Shown: positions 12,368-25,041 of the stretch, one piece after another
Position numbering within the stretch: the stretch's first letter is position 1
How the letters are laid out: every line of letters begins with the position of its first letter
Assembly (NCBI GenBank): GCA_964016885.1
Contig: OZ024758.1
Coordinates: 25,730,001-25,794,000 of the forward strand
Direction: 5' to 3'
DNA length: 64,000 nt
Source: Eledone cirrhosa
Taxonomy: Eukaryota
Notes under the pieces: model-generated
The model's input: only the letters and a program-made list of their open reading frames with translations
Databases searched by the model: none
What the model was told of the DNA's origin: nothing
Translations under genes and position numbers: made by a program

Positions 12368-13593
12368 TTACAGTGAGTGCTGGGTGCTTTTTTGCCGTGG
12401 CACCTCCACGACCACTTTACAGTGAGGGCTGGGTGCTTTTTTGCCGTGGCACCTCCACGACCACTTTACAGTGTGGGCTGGGTGCTTTTTTGCCGTGGCA
12501 CCTCCACGACCACTTTACAGTGAGGGCAGGGTGCTTTTTTGCCGTGGCACCTCCACGACCACTTTACAGTGAGGGCTGGGTGCTTTTTTGCCGTGGCACC
12601 TCGACGACCACTTTACAGTGTGGGTTGGGTGCTTTTTTGCCGTGGTACCTCCACGACCACTTTACAGTGTGGACTGGGTGCTTTTTTGCCGTGGCACCTC
12701 TACGACCACTTTACAGTGTGGGCTGGGTGCTTTTTTGCCGTGGCACCTCCACGACCACTTTACAGTGAGGGCTCGGTGCTTTTTTGCCGTGGCACCTCGA
12801 CGACCACTATACAGTGTGGGTTGGGTGCTTTTTTGCCGTGGTACCTCGACGACCACTTTACAGTGTGGACTGGGTGCTTTTTTGCCGTGGCACCTCTACG
12901 ACCACTTTACAGTGTGGGCTGGGTGCTTTTTTGCCGTGGCACCTCCACGACCACTTTACAGTGTGGGCTGGGTGCTTTTTTGCCGTGGCACCTCCACGAC
13001 CACTTTACAGTGTGGGCTGGGTGCTTTTTTGCCGTGGCACCTCCACGACCACTTTACAGTGAGGGCTGGGTGCTTTTTTGCCGTGGCACCTCCACGACCA
13101 CTTTACAGTGTGGGCTGGGTGCTTTTTTGCCGTGGCACCTCGACGACCACTTTACAGTGTGGGCTGGGTGCTTTTTTGCCGTGGCACCTCGACGACCACT
13201 TTACAGTGAGGGCTGGGTGCTTTTTTGCCGTGGCACCTCCACGACCACTTTACAGTGAGGGCTGGGTACTTTTTTGCCGTGGCACCTCGACGACCACTTT
13301 ACAGTGTGGACTGGGTGCTTTTTTGCCGTGGTACCTCGACGACCACTTTACAGTGTGGGCTGGGTGCTTTTTTGCCGTGGTACCTCCACGACCACTTTAC
13401 AGCGTGGACTGGGTGCTTTTTTGCCGTGGTACCTCGACGACCACTTTACAGTGTGGGCTGGGTGCTTTTTTGCCGTGGTACCTCCACGACCACTTTACAG
13501 CGTGGACTGGGTGCTTTTTTGCCGTGGCACCTCCACGACCACTTTACAGTGTGGGTTGGGTGCTATTTTGCCGTGGCACCTCCACGACCACTC
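12368..13593. repeat. 49-bp tandem array (~25 copies) expanded inside a family-2 SINE
   Basis: Unit TTTACAGTGTGGGCTGGGTGCTTTTTTGCCGTGGCACCTCCACGACCAC; other SINE copies carry 1-3 units. Confidence 0.95.
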
Positions 13594-14358
13594 TGCAGTG
13601 AAATGATAGGGACCCCAGTCCTATCATCTCATTTCTACAGCTGAGTAAACTGGAGCAATGTGAAATAAAGTGTCTTGCTCAAGGAAACAACACACCACCC
13701 GGTCTGAGAATTGAACTCACAACCTTTCGATTGCAAGGCCAATGCTCTAACCACTAAGCCATGTGCAGACAATACTTTAGCCAATGATTCAATGTTACAA
13801 TAAACCATTTAAAATATAACAGTAAAAAGGAAAAGTGTAATACAACCAATCCTCATCATCATTATACGTTTAAATTAGGGTGGTGGATTGGAAGAATAGG
13901 TAGTGTCGGTCACCATGCTTAGCGGCCCCTTTACGTTCTGAGTTCAAATCCCACCAAGGTTTATCTTTACTTTTCATCCTTACAGGGTTGATAAAATAAA
14001 GTACCTAAAAATAGCTGTCCCTGTGCCTAAATCAGAAATCATTAAAGCATAAAAAAAGGGTGGTGGATTGGCACAGAGTTACATTCTGAGTTCAAATCCT
14101 GTCGAGGTTAGCTTTGCTTTCATCCTTAAGGGGTCGATAAAATAAAGTACCAGTTATACACTGGTGTCGATATAAGCGACTTTGCCTTCCCCTAAAAAAT
14201 TGCTGGCCTTGTGCGCCTAAATCAGAATATAAATTATATAAGTTATAAATAAGCTTTTGATTACCTATAAAACCCATTTTTACAATGATTCTACTGTAGT
14301 TTGGTTGAAACAAGATTTATCTTTTGATTATTTTATCCTTAAGTAATTCTTCTTCATA

Positions 14359-14700
14359 GGCGGCGAATTGGCAGAGTCGTTAGAACGTCTGATAGAATGC
14401 TTTATGCTATTTGTTCCAGCTCTCTGATCTCTGAGTTCAAATCCCGCAGAGGTCAACTTTGCCTTTTATCCTTTCAAGGTCGATAAAAAAGTACCAGTCT
14501 AGTACTTGGGTAGATTCTTCCTCTATATCTCTTTCTCACTTTCTATCTTTCTCTGGAAGAAATCTACTATACTTAGACCTGGAGAAGGATGGGCTTTGCC
14601 AGGCTTAAAAATGGTCAAGAAACGCTGTATGTCATTGTGGCGCCCCTACAACTCGATCAAGGGTTACAGGACCATACCATACCATACCATACCATACCAC
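14359..14700 (+). mobile_element. SINE family 3 (~340 bp). Other copies: ~6400-6730(-), ~29210-31230(+, split by a MITE), ~46697-47030(-), ~55755-56093(-)
   Basis: GGCGGCGAATTGGCAGAGTCGTTAGA head, B box GAGTTCAAATCC, same core as family 1, distinct tail ending GGACCAT(ACCAT)n. Confidence 0.8.
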
Positions 14701-15133
14701 CAAGTTATGAATAAGCTTTTAATTTCTTATGATACCCATTTTTACAATGATTCAACTGTAGTTAGGTTGAAACAAGATTTATCTTTTAATTATTTTATCT
14801 TTAAGTAATTCTTCCTCAGTTAGCTGCCAACTAATCCCCAGTTTTACATCATGTCTCAATATGTATTTGAATTTCCTTATCAGAAATAACATTATAATAG
14901 CATTCCTCATACTCCATAATATGTCAATCTTGTAATTTGATGTCACTAAGAAACAGTTTAGAATTTCTTTTTTAAATTCCATTAGTTTATTCAAATAATT
15001 AGAATTTGAAGAAAACAACAGAAGATAAACAGAAAACAACTGATAAAACATTAGTCTACATTCAGAAATAGCAAGAGTTGAGTAATGGCAGATTGAAAAA
15101 ATAAACATTATGAAATTTAAACAAAATAGTTCA

Positions 15134-16178
15134 AGTTGCTGAAGCATGGAACAAACTACCTCCTTCAGTTATTAGCTGTCGAGACACTGCATCCTTTAAA
15201 ACCTCCATGGTACAAACTACCTGCATCAGTTGTTAGCTGTCGAGACACTGCATCCTTTAAAACCTCCATGGAACAAACTACCTCCATCAGTTATTAGCTG
15301 TCGAGACACTGCATCCTTTAAAACCTCCATGGAACAAACTACCTCCATCAGTTATTAGCTGCCGAGACACTGCATCCTTTAAAACCTCCATCAGTTATTA
15401 GCTGTCGAGACACTGCATCCTTTAAAACCTCCATGGTACAAACTACCTCCATCAGTTATTAGCTGCCGAGACACTGCATCCTTTAAAACCTCCATCAGTT
15501 ATTAGCTGTCGAGACACTGCATCCTTTAAAACCTCCATGGTACAAACTACCTACATCAGTTATTAGCTGCCGAGACACTGCATCCTTTAAAACCCTCCAT
15601 GGTACAAACTACCTGCATCAGTTGTTAGCTGTCGAGACACTGCATCCTTTAAAACCTCCATGGTACAAACTACCTCCATCAGTTATTAGCTGTCGAGACA
15701 CTGCATCCTTTAAAACCTCCATGGTACAAACTACCTCCATCAGTTATTAGCTGTCGAGACACTGCATCCTTTAAAACCTCCATGGTACAAACTACCTCCA
15801 TCAGTTATTAGCTGTCGAGACACTGCATCCTTTAAAACCTCCATGGTACAAACTACCTCCATCAGTTGTTAGCTGCCGAGACACTGCATCCTTTAAAACC
15901 CTCCATGGAACAAACTACCTGCATCAGTTGTTAGCTGTCGAGACACTGCATCCTTTAAAACCTCCATGGTACAAACTACCTCCATCAGTTATTAGCTGTC
16001 GAGACACTGCATCCTTTAAAACCTCCATGCTTCCCTTCATACACATACACACATGTATATCATGACTCATACACTGTTCAGTTTCCTGACATTTCTACAT
16101 TATTCTATGTACTATACATGCACCTTTAATGAGTTATAGTGCACCTGAGCACTGTACACAATAATTTCATTATTATTT
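15134..16178 (+). mobile_element. CR1-clade LINE 3' end with an internal 61-bp array (~15 copies, 15145-16030)
   Basis: Matches the 61145-62427 element (RVAEAWNKLP...SCRDTASFKTSM region and 3' end GTGCACCTGAGCACTGTACACAATAATTTCATTATT). Confidence 0.85.
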
Positions 16179-16843
16179 AATGGCGGTGGATTGGCAGTAT
16201 CGGGGTCGATAAAATAAAGTACCAGTCACGCACTGGTGTCGATTTAATCGACTTTCCCCTATCCCATAATTGCTGGCCTTGTGCCAAAAGTAGAAACAAT
16301 TATTATTATTATTTTATTGGCAGTATGGGTAGAGGGTCGGACGCCATGCTTTCTAGCATAGTTACGTCCCTTTACAGTCTGAGTTCAAATCCCGCCGAGG
16401 TTAACTTTGCCTTTCATCCTTACGGGGTCGATAAAATAAAGTACCAGTAATGTACTGGGTAATTGCTGGCCTTGTGCCAAAAGTAGAAACAATTATTATT
16501 ATTATTTTATATTTTGAGATGAAAAATGGAAAAAAAAAACTATTTCAGTTTTAGTAGTAACTATCAAAAGACCCCGTTATTGCCAGCCACACCTTTTGCT
16601 GCTGTCAATAAAGATCCCCTCACTGTTCAACATGGCCATCTTTAAATAACTTTAGAACACTGCTGTTTTAGGGGAGAGAAAGATTTAAACTAAATGTTGA
16701 CATGCTCCAGCAGCTAAATAATCCATGTATCAAATTTGAACAAAATTGGATGGAAACTGTGGAAATGCATCGCCTGCATACAGACAGACATTTTCGTTTT
16801 TATATATATATATAGTTATGTAATAAACAACATAAGGCAATTA

Positions 16844-16904
16844 TTCCATTTACCAGTGGTTTCTTAAAAGCAAAAACATTTTGCTTTCAATCATCAGAAC
16901 GGAA
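16844..16904 (-). ncRNA. Inverted copy of the same hammerhead ribozyme (sense to the host gene)
   Basis: Reverse complement of 16954-17014 in the left arm of the fold-back; TCATCAG at 16891-97. Confidence 0.8.
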
Positions 16905-16953
16905 AAATCCTGGCGTATTTATTGAATAAATAAGAATAAATACGCCGGGATTT

Positions 16954-17014
16954 TTCCGTTCTGATGATTGAAAGCAAAATGTTTTTGCTTTTAAGAAACC
17001 ACTGGTAAATGGAA
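16954..17014 (+). ncRNA. Type I hammerhead ribozyme, apparently intact
   Basis: Stem I TTCCGTT/AATGGAA (7 bp); CTGATGA 16961-67; stem II TTGAAAGCAAAA/TTTTGCTTTTAA (12 bp, 3-nt loop); GAAA 16995-98; stem III ACCACTGGT; cleavage triplet GUA (after 17007). Activity not tested. Confidence 0.8.
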
Positions 17015-17342
17015 TAATTGCCTTATGTTGTTTATTACATAACTATTAAGCTCTGTTACCTACATAGAGCACTCTTTTTTCCTGGACTTTTCCGACGGAA
17101 TTACTTCATATATATATATATAGATTAGTTTAATAACAGAAGACCCAGTTATCCTTTTTCCCTCACCAACATCAACACAGAGACATAACTAAGGTGTGGA
17201 AAGCATCACATGCCATGGGCACCACTTAAAGGTGTGGGGGCAGCGCCACTTGGTCTAGGAGCCTTTTCTATTAAAGTCAGATAAGCTATCATCGGAGAGT
17301 GACCAAAGAAACTTCTTCAGATGTATGATCTGTCTTTCATTA

Positions 17343-17980
17343 TCACTGTCCGAGGATTGCTGACTTATGGAGCTATGTCGAACAGCTGCTGTCGCATGTA
17401 GGACGGATCCGGTTATCGACTGAGTCCATTGTGCAGATAGCCCAGCCATCCTCCTTTAAAGAGGAGGAAGGGCAGGCAGTTTTCATCTGCCTGGTGGCAA
17501 TGGTGAAAGAGATTGTGTGGTGGACAAGGTTGAAAGGGTTGAAGACGGACACTTCCCTCTTCGGCCAATTCCTGATTAACTTTTTCGAGTTTCACTCGAA
17601 GAAGAAAATCAGGGTGGAGAGGCAAGTGCTGTCTTCTAGTAAGTTTGTTGAAAGGTGGGTGAAAGTGGCGAGTCTGGTCCGAGTGAAGGGGCCCACTCTG
17701 AGTATGCACCTGTAGACTGAGGAGCGGGAAAAGTGAGAGAGGGCGCTTGCCCTGGTGGTCAGGGTGGCCATGGCCTTTTTGTGTGGTTTTCGCCCGAGTG
17801 ACCCTCGGAGGTTTCCCCCTTTTTGGGGGAATTTTTGTTGTTTGAATTTTTTTAATTTCTAGCCCGATTTTGTTAGAACCTGTTTACACGACCAAGACCC
17901 ACTTTGTATTGTCCTGTACTGTTCTGTGCCGTCTCTAATGTTTTTCTTCGTGTTAGCCCTTGTGACCAATAAAGAAACCA
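17343..17980 (+). mobile_element. 5'-truncated Tx1/L1-like LINE: ORF2 C-terminus and 3' UTR (degraded second copy ~32460-32820)
   Basis: Frame HCPRIADLWSYVEQLLS...CLVAMVKEIVWWTR...KFVERWV* resembles L1/Tx1 C-termini; AATAAA at ~17968. Clade assigned from memory. Confidence 0.6.
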
Positions 17981-19978
17981 TTATCAGGAGTGAGAAGGAC
18001 TATGGTGGCTGGATTAACCCTTTAGCATTTACATTAATTTATATTTACTATTATATTTTCACAGTAAAGGCTCTACTTCACATAATATTGAATCTATGAG
18101 ATTTTGATATTATTCATTTTGAGAACAATACCTTAATATCAGTATGAGCAGCAGGTTACAGCCAATTTGAACAGAAAGAGGTGAGAGAATTCTGGCCAGA
18201 TATGGCTGGTTTAAATGCTAAAGGGATAACAAACGCAATTGGTAATTTTGAGCTGATTTGATGAAAGAGAGGTGTCAGATGTTTGAGCAGGGGTGCAATT
18301 TCACTGCTTGCCATAGGTGTTATTTTCTCTAGTTCTGGCACTACATCAACAACTTCACCATCAATAGAAATAATTGTTTCTACTTTTGGCACAAGGCCAG
18401 CAATTATCCCAGTGTATTACTGGTACTTTATTTTATCGACCCCCGTAACGATGAAAGGCAAAGTTAACCTCGGCGGAATTTGAACTCAGAATGGCAAGGG
18501 CCGTAATTCTATGCGTCAAAGCATGGCGTCCGACCCTCTACCAATACTGCCAATCCACTGCCCTTAGAAATAATTGTTTCTACTTTAGGCACAAGGCCAG
18601 CAATTACCCAGTTCATTACTGGTACTTTATTTTATCGACCCCGTAAGGATGAAAGGCAAAGTCAACCTCGGCGGGATTTGAACTCAGATCGTAAAGGGAC
18701 GTAACTATGCTGGAAAGCATGGCGTCCGACCCTCTACCGATACTGCCAATCGACAGAAATAATGGTCTTACTATAGCCACTACAATGAAAACAAATTAGC
18801 GTATATTTATAACTTAAGTCTCCATAAACACTTTATTGAATCAAGTTTTATTACATTTTCTTCTTATCTATCAATGATCTTCAGTTACTAATTAGCCTAA
18901 TCTAGTTTTTATAATCCATTCTCTTCACATATTCAACTGTTCCGTTCTCTCTTAGCTCTATACAAGCCTTTGTTGTCCATAAACACACTTTAGAAATCCA
19001 AACTTTCATTACCTAGGAAAGAAACATTTAGTTAAAACCAACACAAATCTCTCTGGACTTTCTTTATCTAAACAACACAATCTACAATGTTTACTTTCTA
19101 CTTTAATTCAGCAAAGTAAGCTAAATATAATCTATATATTGACTGCAATATAATACTGAAAACAATTGGTTACTGAGTATGACTAAGATAACACCATTTA
19201 ATTGGCAGGGAATGATTATAGGGGAGAGTTGTAACATGGATATTAAATGATTTCCTGGCAAAATTACTAAATATTATTATCAAATAAAAGTAGAAACAAT
19301 TATTATCAAATAAATTACATCTGAATAATTAAGATTAGATTATTAATGGTTATAAAGGGTGATAGATAACACTATCAGATAAAATTCCATGTAATTATAT
19401 CCTTCACAGTCTGAGCTCTAATCAACATCTGCATGAGTCAACTTTGATGTTCATCCATTTGAAAGATGAATAAATACAAGGATCAAATGAATTATTTAAA
19501 CTGACCCCAGAAAACCTGTGGTCGTCTGTATGTCAAATATGTCAGATAAGTCTAAAGTCATTATTATTGGTATTAACCCTTTCATTGCCATATTTCTACT
19601 GAAATACTTTGTATTTCAATTGATTAATGAAGAATTTGGAAGGATTTAGAAAAATTATTAATTATTTTATTAATAAGATGGCATTAAATATAACTTAGCA
19701 GAAGGATCTTATATCAAAATATATTGAGAGGGGACGGCTTATAGGAACCCTCTAACCCTTTAGAATTTACATTACTCTATATTTATTATTGTATTTTCAT
19801 GGTAAACACTTTATCTCACATAATTATCCCTCATACTATTGAATCTACGAGATTTTGATATTATTTATTTTGAGAACAGTAGCTTAACATAAGTATGAGC
19901 AGCCAGTTATGGCTGGATTGAACAGAAAGAGGTGAGATCATTTTGACCAGATATGGCCAGTTTAAATGCTAATGGGTG

Positions 19979-20229
19979 AACCCTTTCATTGCCATATTTC
20001 TACTGAAATACTTTGTATTTCAATTAATTAAGAAAGAATTTAGAAGGATTTAGAAAAATTATTAATTATTTCATTAATAAGATGGCATAAGATATAACTT
20101 AGCAGAAGGGTCTTATATCAAAATAAATTGGGAGTGGCAGGCTAATTTAAATAGGAACCCTTTAAAATGGGTCGTTTTGCTTCATAGAACCAGAGGCAGT
20201 TTTAGGTAGGTTGATGCGAAAAGGGTTAC
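19979..20229. mobile_element. piggyBac-like MITE family B (partial copy 19573-19752; diverged relatives ~8340-8580, ~63210-63516)
   Basis: AACCCTTTCATTGCC...GCGAAAAGGGTTA ends. Confidence 0.55.
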
Positions 20230-20824
20230 AAATCCAGTTGATTGGCAGAATTGGTAGAACAAAAGACAAAATGTTTTTCTGTATTTAGTTAATTGTTCTG
20301 AGTTCCACATTGATTATCATACACTACATCAACTAAGTCATAATCAATCAACATTTTTTCGGCCCAGAACTTACTGCAAAACAAAATCCCTTAGCCCTTT
20401 AGTGTTCAAACTGGCCAAAACCAGCCAGAATTCTCTACCTTTTTCTGTTGAAACTGGCTGTAACTGGTCACTGAAACTGATGTTAAGGTATTGTTCTCAA
20501 AATAAATACTTTCAAAATCTCATAGATTCGATATTATGTGAGATAATTATGTGAGATAAAGCCTTTACCATGAAAATATAATAGTATATATAGAGTAATG
20601 TGAATGTTATGTGAGATATTATGTGAGATAATTATGTGAGATAAAGCCTTTACCACGAAAATATAATAGTATATATAGAGTAATATGAATGCTAAGGGGT
20701 TAAAATTACATAAACAACATAGTCTACCTCTATTGGCTGTAATCCTTGAAGGTAATTCCCTAGTACAGCCTCTGTCTAACAAATGAGATAGAGAGGGAGA
20801 GCGAGAGAGGGGGAGAGGAGACAC

Positions 20825-20855
<31 letters not shown>

Positions 20856-22477
20856 AGAGAAGTGGGAGACAGAGAGTGTGAGAGAGACACACAGAGTGAA
20901 AGAGAGAGAGTGTGTGTAACCAGACCAACAAGTATATTAATCCTACCCTCATTGATTATTAGTACGACTAACATAAAATTGTGATCCAACCAGTTTGCTT
21001 CCAATATGTTAACCACGATAATTTGTTGAGACTGTTTAACTGAAAGGATTCTAATTACAAACTATAGTATTAATGTCAGCTTCATTCACTCACCATTAAA
21101 TTCTTCTTTTAAACTTCTACCAGTCTTGTATTAATTTAGTAATGAGAACCATAGCAAATACAATGAGAAGCCCTTATATGTCCAATTCCTTTCTAATAGT
21201 TTAATATCGATTTCTAGAAATATTAATTTCTTGGCATCAACATGGTTTCTAATATTAACTGTTTCTACTTTAGGCACAAGGCCAGCAATTTGAGGAGGTG
21301 GGGGAAAGTCAATTAAATCGACACCAGTGCATTACTGGTACTTTATTTTATCGACTCCTGTAAGGATGAAAGGCAAAGCTAACCTTGATTTCTAATATTA
21401 ATGGTGGATTGGAATACTGGGTAGAACATTGAATAAAATACAATGGTGGTATTTGTTTTGGCTCTTTACATTTTTTCGTAGTTTTTGGAAAGTTTTTTTC
21501 TGGCTAGATGCCCTTCTTTTCACCAACCACTTTACAGCGAGGACTGGGCACATTGCCCGTGCCACCAGCACTAGAGAGGTTGTCTTACTAGATTTCAGAG
21601 TCCTCTCCACCATATATCAATATATCAGTTTTTATTCAGAGTCTCTATTCTCCTAAACGGGTTTGGCTTACAGAGTTCAAATCCAGCACAGGTCAACTTT
21701 GCCATTCATCCTTCTGGGATCGATAAAATAGAGTACCAGTCAAGTATTTGGCTCGATTTAATCAACTTTGCTGGTCTTGTGCCTAAAATAGAAACCAATC
21801 AATATTAATGGTAGATTGGCAAAGTAAGTAAAGTGTTGGATAAAATGGCACTGCAGTATTTGTTTTGGCTCCTTACATTCTGAGTTCAAATCCTCTTGAG
21901 GTCAACTTTAATTTTTATCCTTCCAAGATCAATAAAATAAAGTACCAGTCAATATACTGACCACAAATATAAGCTGCCCCCCCCCTCCCCGTCCCATTTT
22001 GCCATCAATTTTTTTAGTCACATATTTCTTGGCTTATACATGGCAATTCATAAAAAGCCATTATAGAAGAATAAACAGACATTTTCCTAAGATAATCTTG
22101 TTTATTTAATTAAGACACCGTATTATTAGTAGCAAAAGAATTAATCCCCAGCAAATACATCATTTCATCATCATTTCATTTTACGTCCGCTTTTTCCCTG
22201 CTTGCAAGGGTGAGACGGGAACTGATTCTGGCTTGATTTCTACAGCTGGATGCCCTTCCTAACACCAACCTCATTTACAGTGAGTGCTGGGTGCTTTTTT
22301 GCCGTGGCACCTCCACGACCACTTTACAGTGGAATGATAGGGACCCCAGTCCCTATCATCTCATTTCTACAGCTGAGTAAACTGGAGCAATGTGAAATAA
22401 AGTGTCTTGCTCAAGGAAACAACACATCGCCCGGTCTGAGAATTGAACTCACAACCTTTCGATTGCAAGGCCAATGC

Positions 22478-22553
<76 letters not shown>

Positions 22554-22560
<7 letters not shown>

Positions 22561-22875
22561 ATATTAACAAATGGAAACTATATTTATAAAACCATATTTG
22601 TTTCATTATACATATTTCAAGGGTGAAGGTTGCATTTTTCAGGGTATGTCAATATTTATTTATAAAACTAGTCTGTATTATATTTTATCTGATGAAAGCT
22701 CACCATAATCTGCCTTGGTGGCCCTTGAAATATGTATAATGAAATAAATATGGTTTTATAAATATACTTTCCATTTGTTAATATATTGTATATTTACTCC
22801 AATAATTTGTTGGGTGCTTTATAAAAAATATTTTCCTTGTTGTATCCCAACAAATTAAATATAACCTCTACACAT
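22554..22875 (+). mobile_element. Fold-back element with degenerate hammerhead in (TA)n
   Basis: ~70-bp inverted arms (22554-22623 / 22722-22792); CTGATGA 22689-95; stem AAG..CACCA/TGGTG..CTT; GAAA 22727-30; ATATGT stem III. Confidence 0.55.
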
Positions 22876-24599
22876 ATATATATATATCATCATCATTCAT
22901 CATCATTTCATTTTTACGTCCGCTTTTTCCCTGCTTGCAAGAGTGGGACGGGAACTGATTTTGGCTTGATTTCTATAGCTGGATGCCCTTCCTAACACCA
23001 ACCTCATTTACAGTGAGTGCTGGGTGCTTTTTTTGCCGTGGCACCTCCACGACCACTTTACAGTGAGTACTGGGTGCTTTTTTGCTGTGGCGCCTACACA
23101 TCCTCTTTACAGTGTGGGCTGGGTGCTTTTTTGCCGTGGCACCTCCACGACCACTTTGCAGTGGAATGATAGGGACCCCAGTCCCTATCATCTCATTTCT
23201 ACAGCTGAGTAAACTGGAGCAATGTGAAATAAAGTGTCTTGCTCAAGGAAACAACACATCACCCGGTCTGAGAATTGAACTCACAACCCTTCGATTGCAA
23301 GGCCAATGCTCTAACCACTAAGCCATGTGCCTCCATATATATATACTTTCGGCTATTTTATAGGAGTTTAACAAAAAAAAGAGAGAAGAGTGCCAATCAA
23401 AAGCCAGGCAGCTACATTGAGAGCAACCATTCTCATCTATCTGACCTACCAACTACTAACATCTGTAGGGTAATAAAGACTTGGAGGCTCTTTCTTCCTC
23501 GCATAGCCAAGTGGTAAGGGTGTTGGACTTACAATCATGATGTGATGGGTTCAATTCCTGGGCTGAGTTGCGTGTTGTGTTCTAGAGCAAAACACTTCAT
23601 TTCACGTTGCTCCACTATACTCAGTTAAAAATGAGTGCCAGCAATAGCTGGGGGTTTAACCCTGCAATGGACTGGTGTTCTGTCCAGAGGGGTGTCTTGT
23701 ACTCTCAGTCGCTTCACGCCATGAAACTTGGCATGAGGGCATACATACATGGGTTAGGCAGCTGTTGCATACTGATGCCAGACTGGTCAGGTGACTAGGT
23801 ATTGCTCATATACTTTATTTTGGCTTGGCTTCTATGGCTGGATGTCCTTCCTAACATCACTGGACTAGCAAATATGGCAAAAGTATGTTAGTTTCTTCTT
23901 GCATACAGTGTTTAGCAGGCTAGGAGATTAGATCCAGACATATATGTCTGTTTGCAAGCTGTCTATAAGGTTCACACCATACTGCAACAGTACAAGCTGA
24001 AACTGCCAACTCAATGTCATTACTCAGTATTTAACATCCATGCCTTCCAACTGCTCAGAGTGACTGAGAAAATCAGTGACTTCATCACCCATATCTTTAT
24101 GTTACAAAATACATCACTGAGAGACCCATACCTGCCCTGCTGCAGATTTCCCTAATGATATGGAAATTGCTAGAGGTATCTGAATTTCCTGACCAGGTCA
24201 ATACCCTGGCCTCAGCCTGTATTGTTGGGAACCTATCAGGTTCTATGACCATTATCAGTAGGCCATTTTTGTCAGTAGTCAAGTAGGGACTATTTCATTG
24301 ATGTATATCAAAAACATCCTTTCTTCGGCCATGTGCCAGCCAAAAGCTGCCTTAACCCTTTAGCATTTAAACTGGCCGTATCCAACCAGAATTCTCTCAC
24401 TTTTTTCTGTTCAAACTGGTCATAACCAGCTGCTCATACTGACATTAAGGTATTGTTCTCAAAATAAATAACATCAAAATCTCGTAGATTCGCTATTATG
24501 CGAGATAATCATGTAAGATTAAGCCTTTACTACAAAAGTACAATAGTAAATATAGAGTAATGTAAATGCTAAAGGGTTGAATCCAGGAAAAGTTTCCTA

Positions 24600-25041
24600 A
24601 AGACTGTCATGCCCCTTGGAACATTAAGCAAAAATAGTGAAAGAGTTATTCGCTTGGAAGAAAAACTTAACAACGTTCCATCTGTAACAACAATGGAGCT
24701 AAAGGAGAGTGAGGTACTGCCCCCCCCCCCCCCCCCTCCAGAGCAGATACAAACTATGCAGTGTGTAAATCCCTAAACAGATTAAGATCTGGTGTTGGAC
24801 ATGCAAAAGTCAATCTTGCAAAACGAGGATATTTAAAGGATGGGGACATTGTGAGTGAGTGTGGCATTGAACCACAGACTACACAGCGCCTCCTGATATG
24901 CCCCCATGCTGGAACACCCCTGCACAGCATTGGACTTGGTGGAGTTTAATGAGAAAGGATAACAATCTGTTCAGACGTGGCGGAACTACATCTAGCCAAG
25001 CCTTGTAACCGGAACTCTTGTGGACACGACAAGAAGAAGAA
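24600..25041 (+). mobile_element. Ingi/Vingi-like (I-group) LINE 3' fragment
   Basis: KSLNRLRSGVGHAKVNLAKRGY...ECG.EPQT...LLICP zinc-knuckle-like C-terminus; ends GGACACGAC(AAG)n. Confidence 0.55.

Noticed and set aside
12343-13644. Multiple long ORFs (up to 337 aa)
   Set aside because: By-products of a 49-bp SINE-derived tandem repeat; the same applies to 52286-53735.
17255-17449. Minus ORF (…AVRHSS…) as the next receptor exon
   Set aside because: No polypyrimidine acceptor, no SVQxER motif, and it overlaps the antisense of a plus-strand LINE fragment.
18156-18392. Protein-like minus ORF (DGEVVDVVPELEKITP…)
   Set aside because: Bounded by a SINE and a MITE, no clear splice sites, no recognisable homology; cannot be supported.
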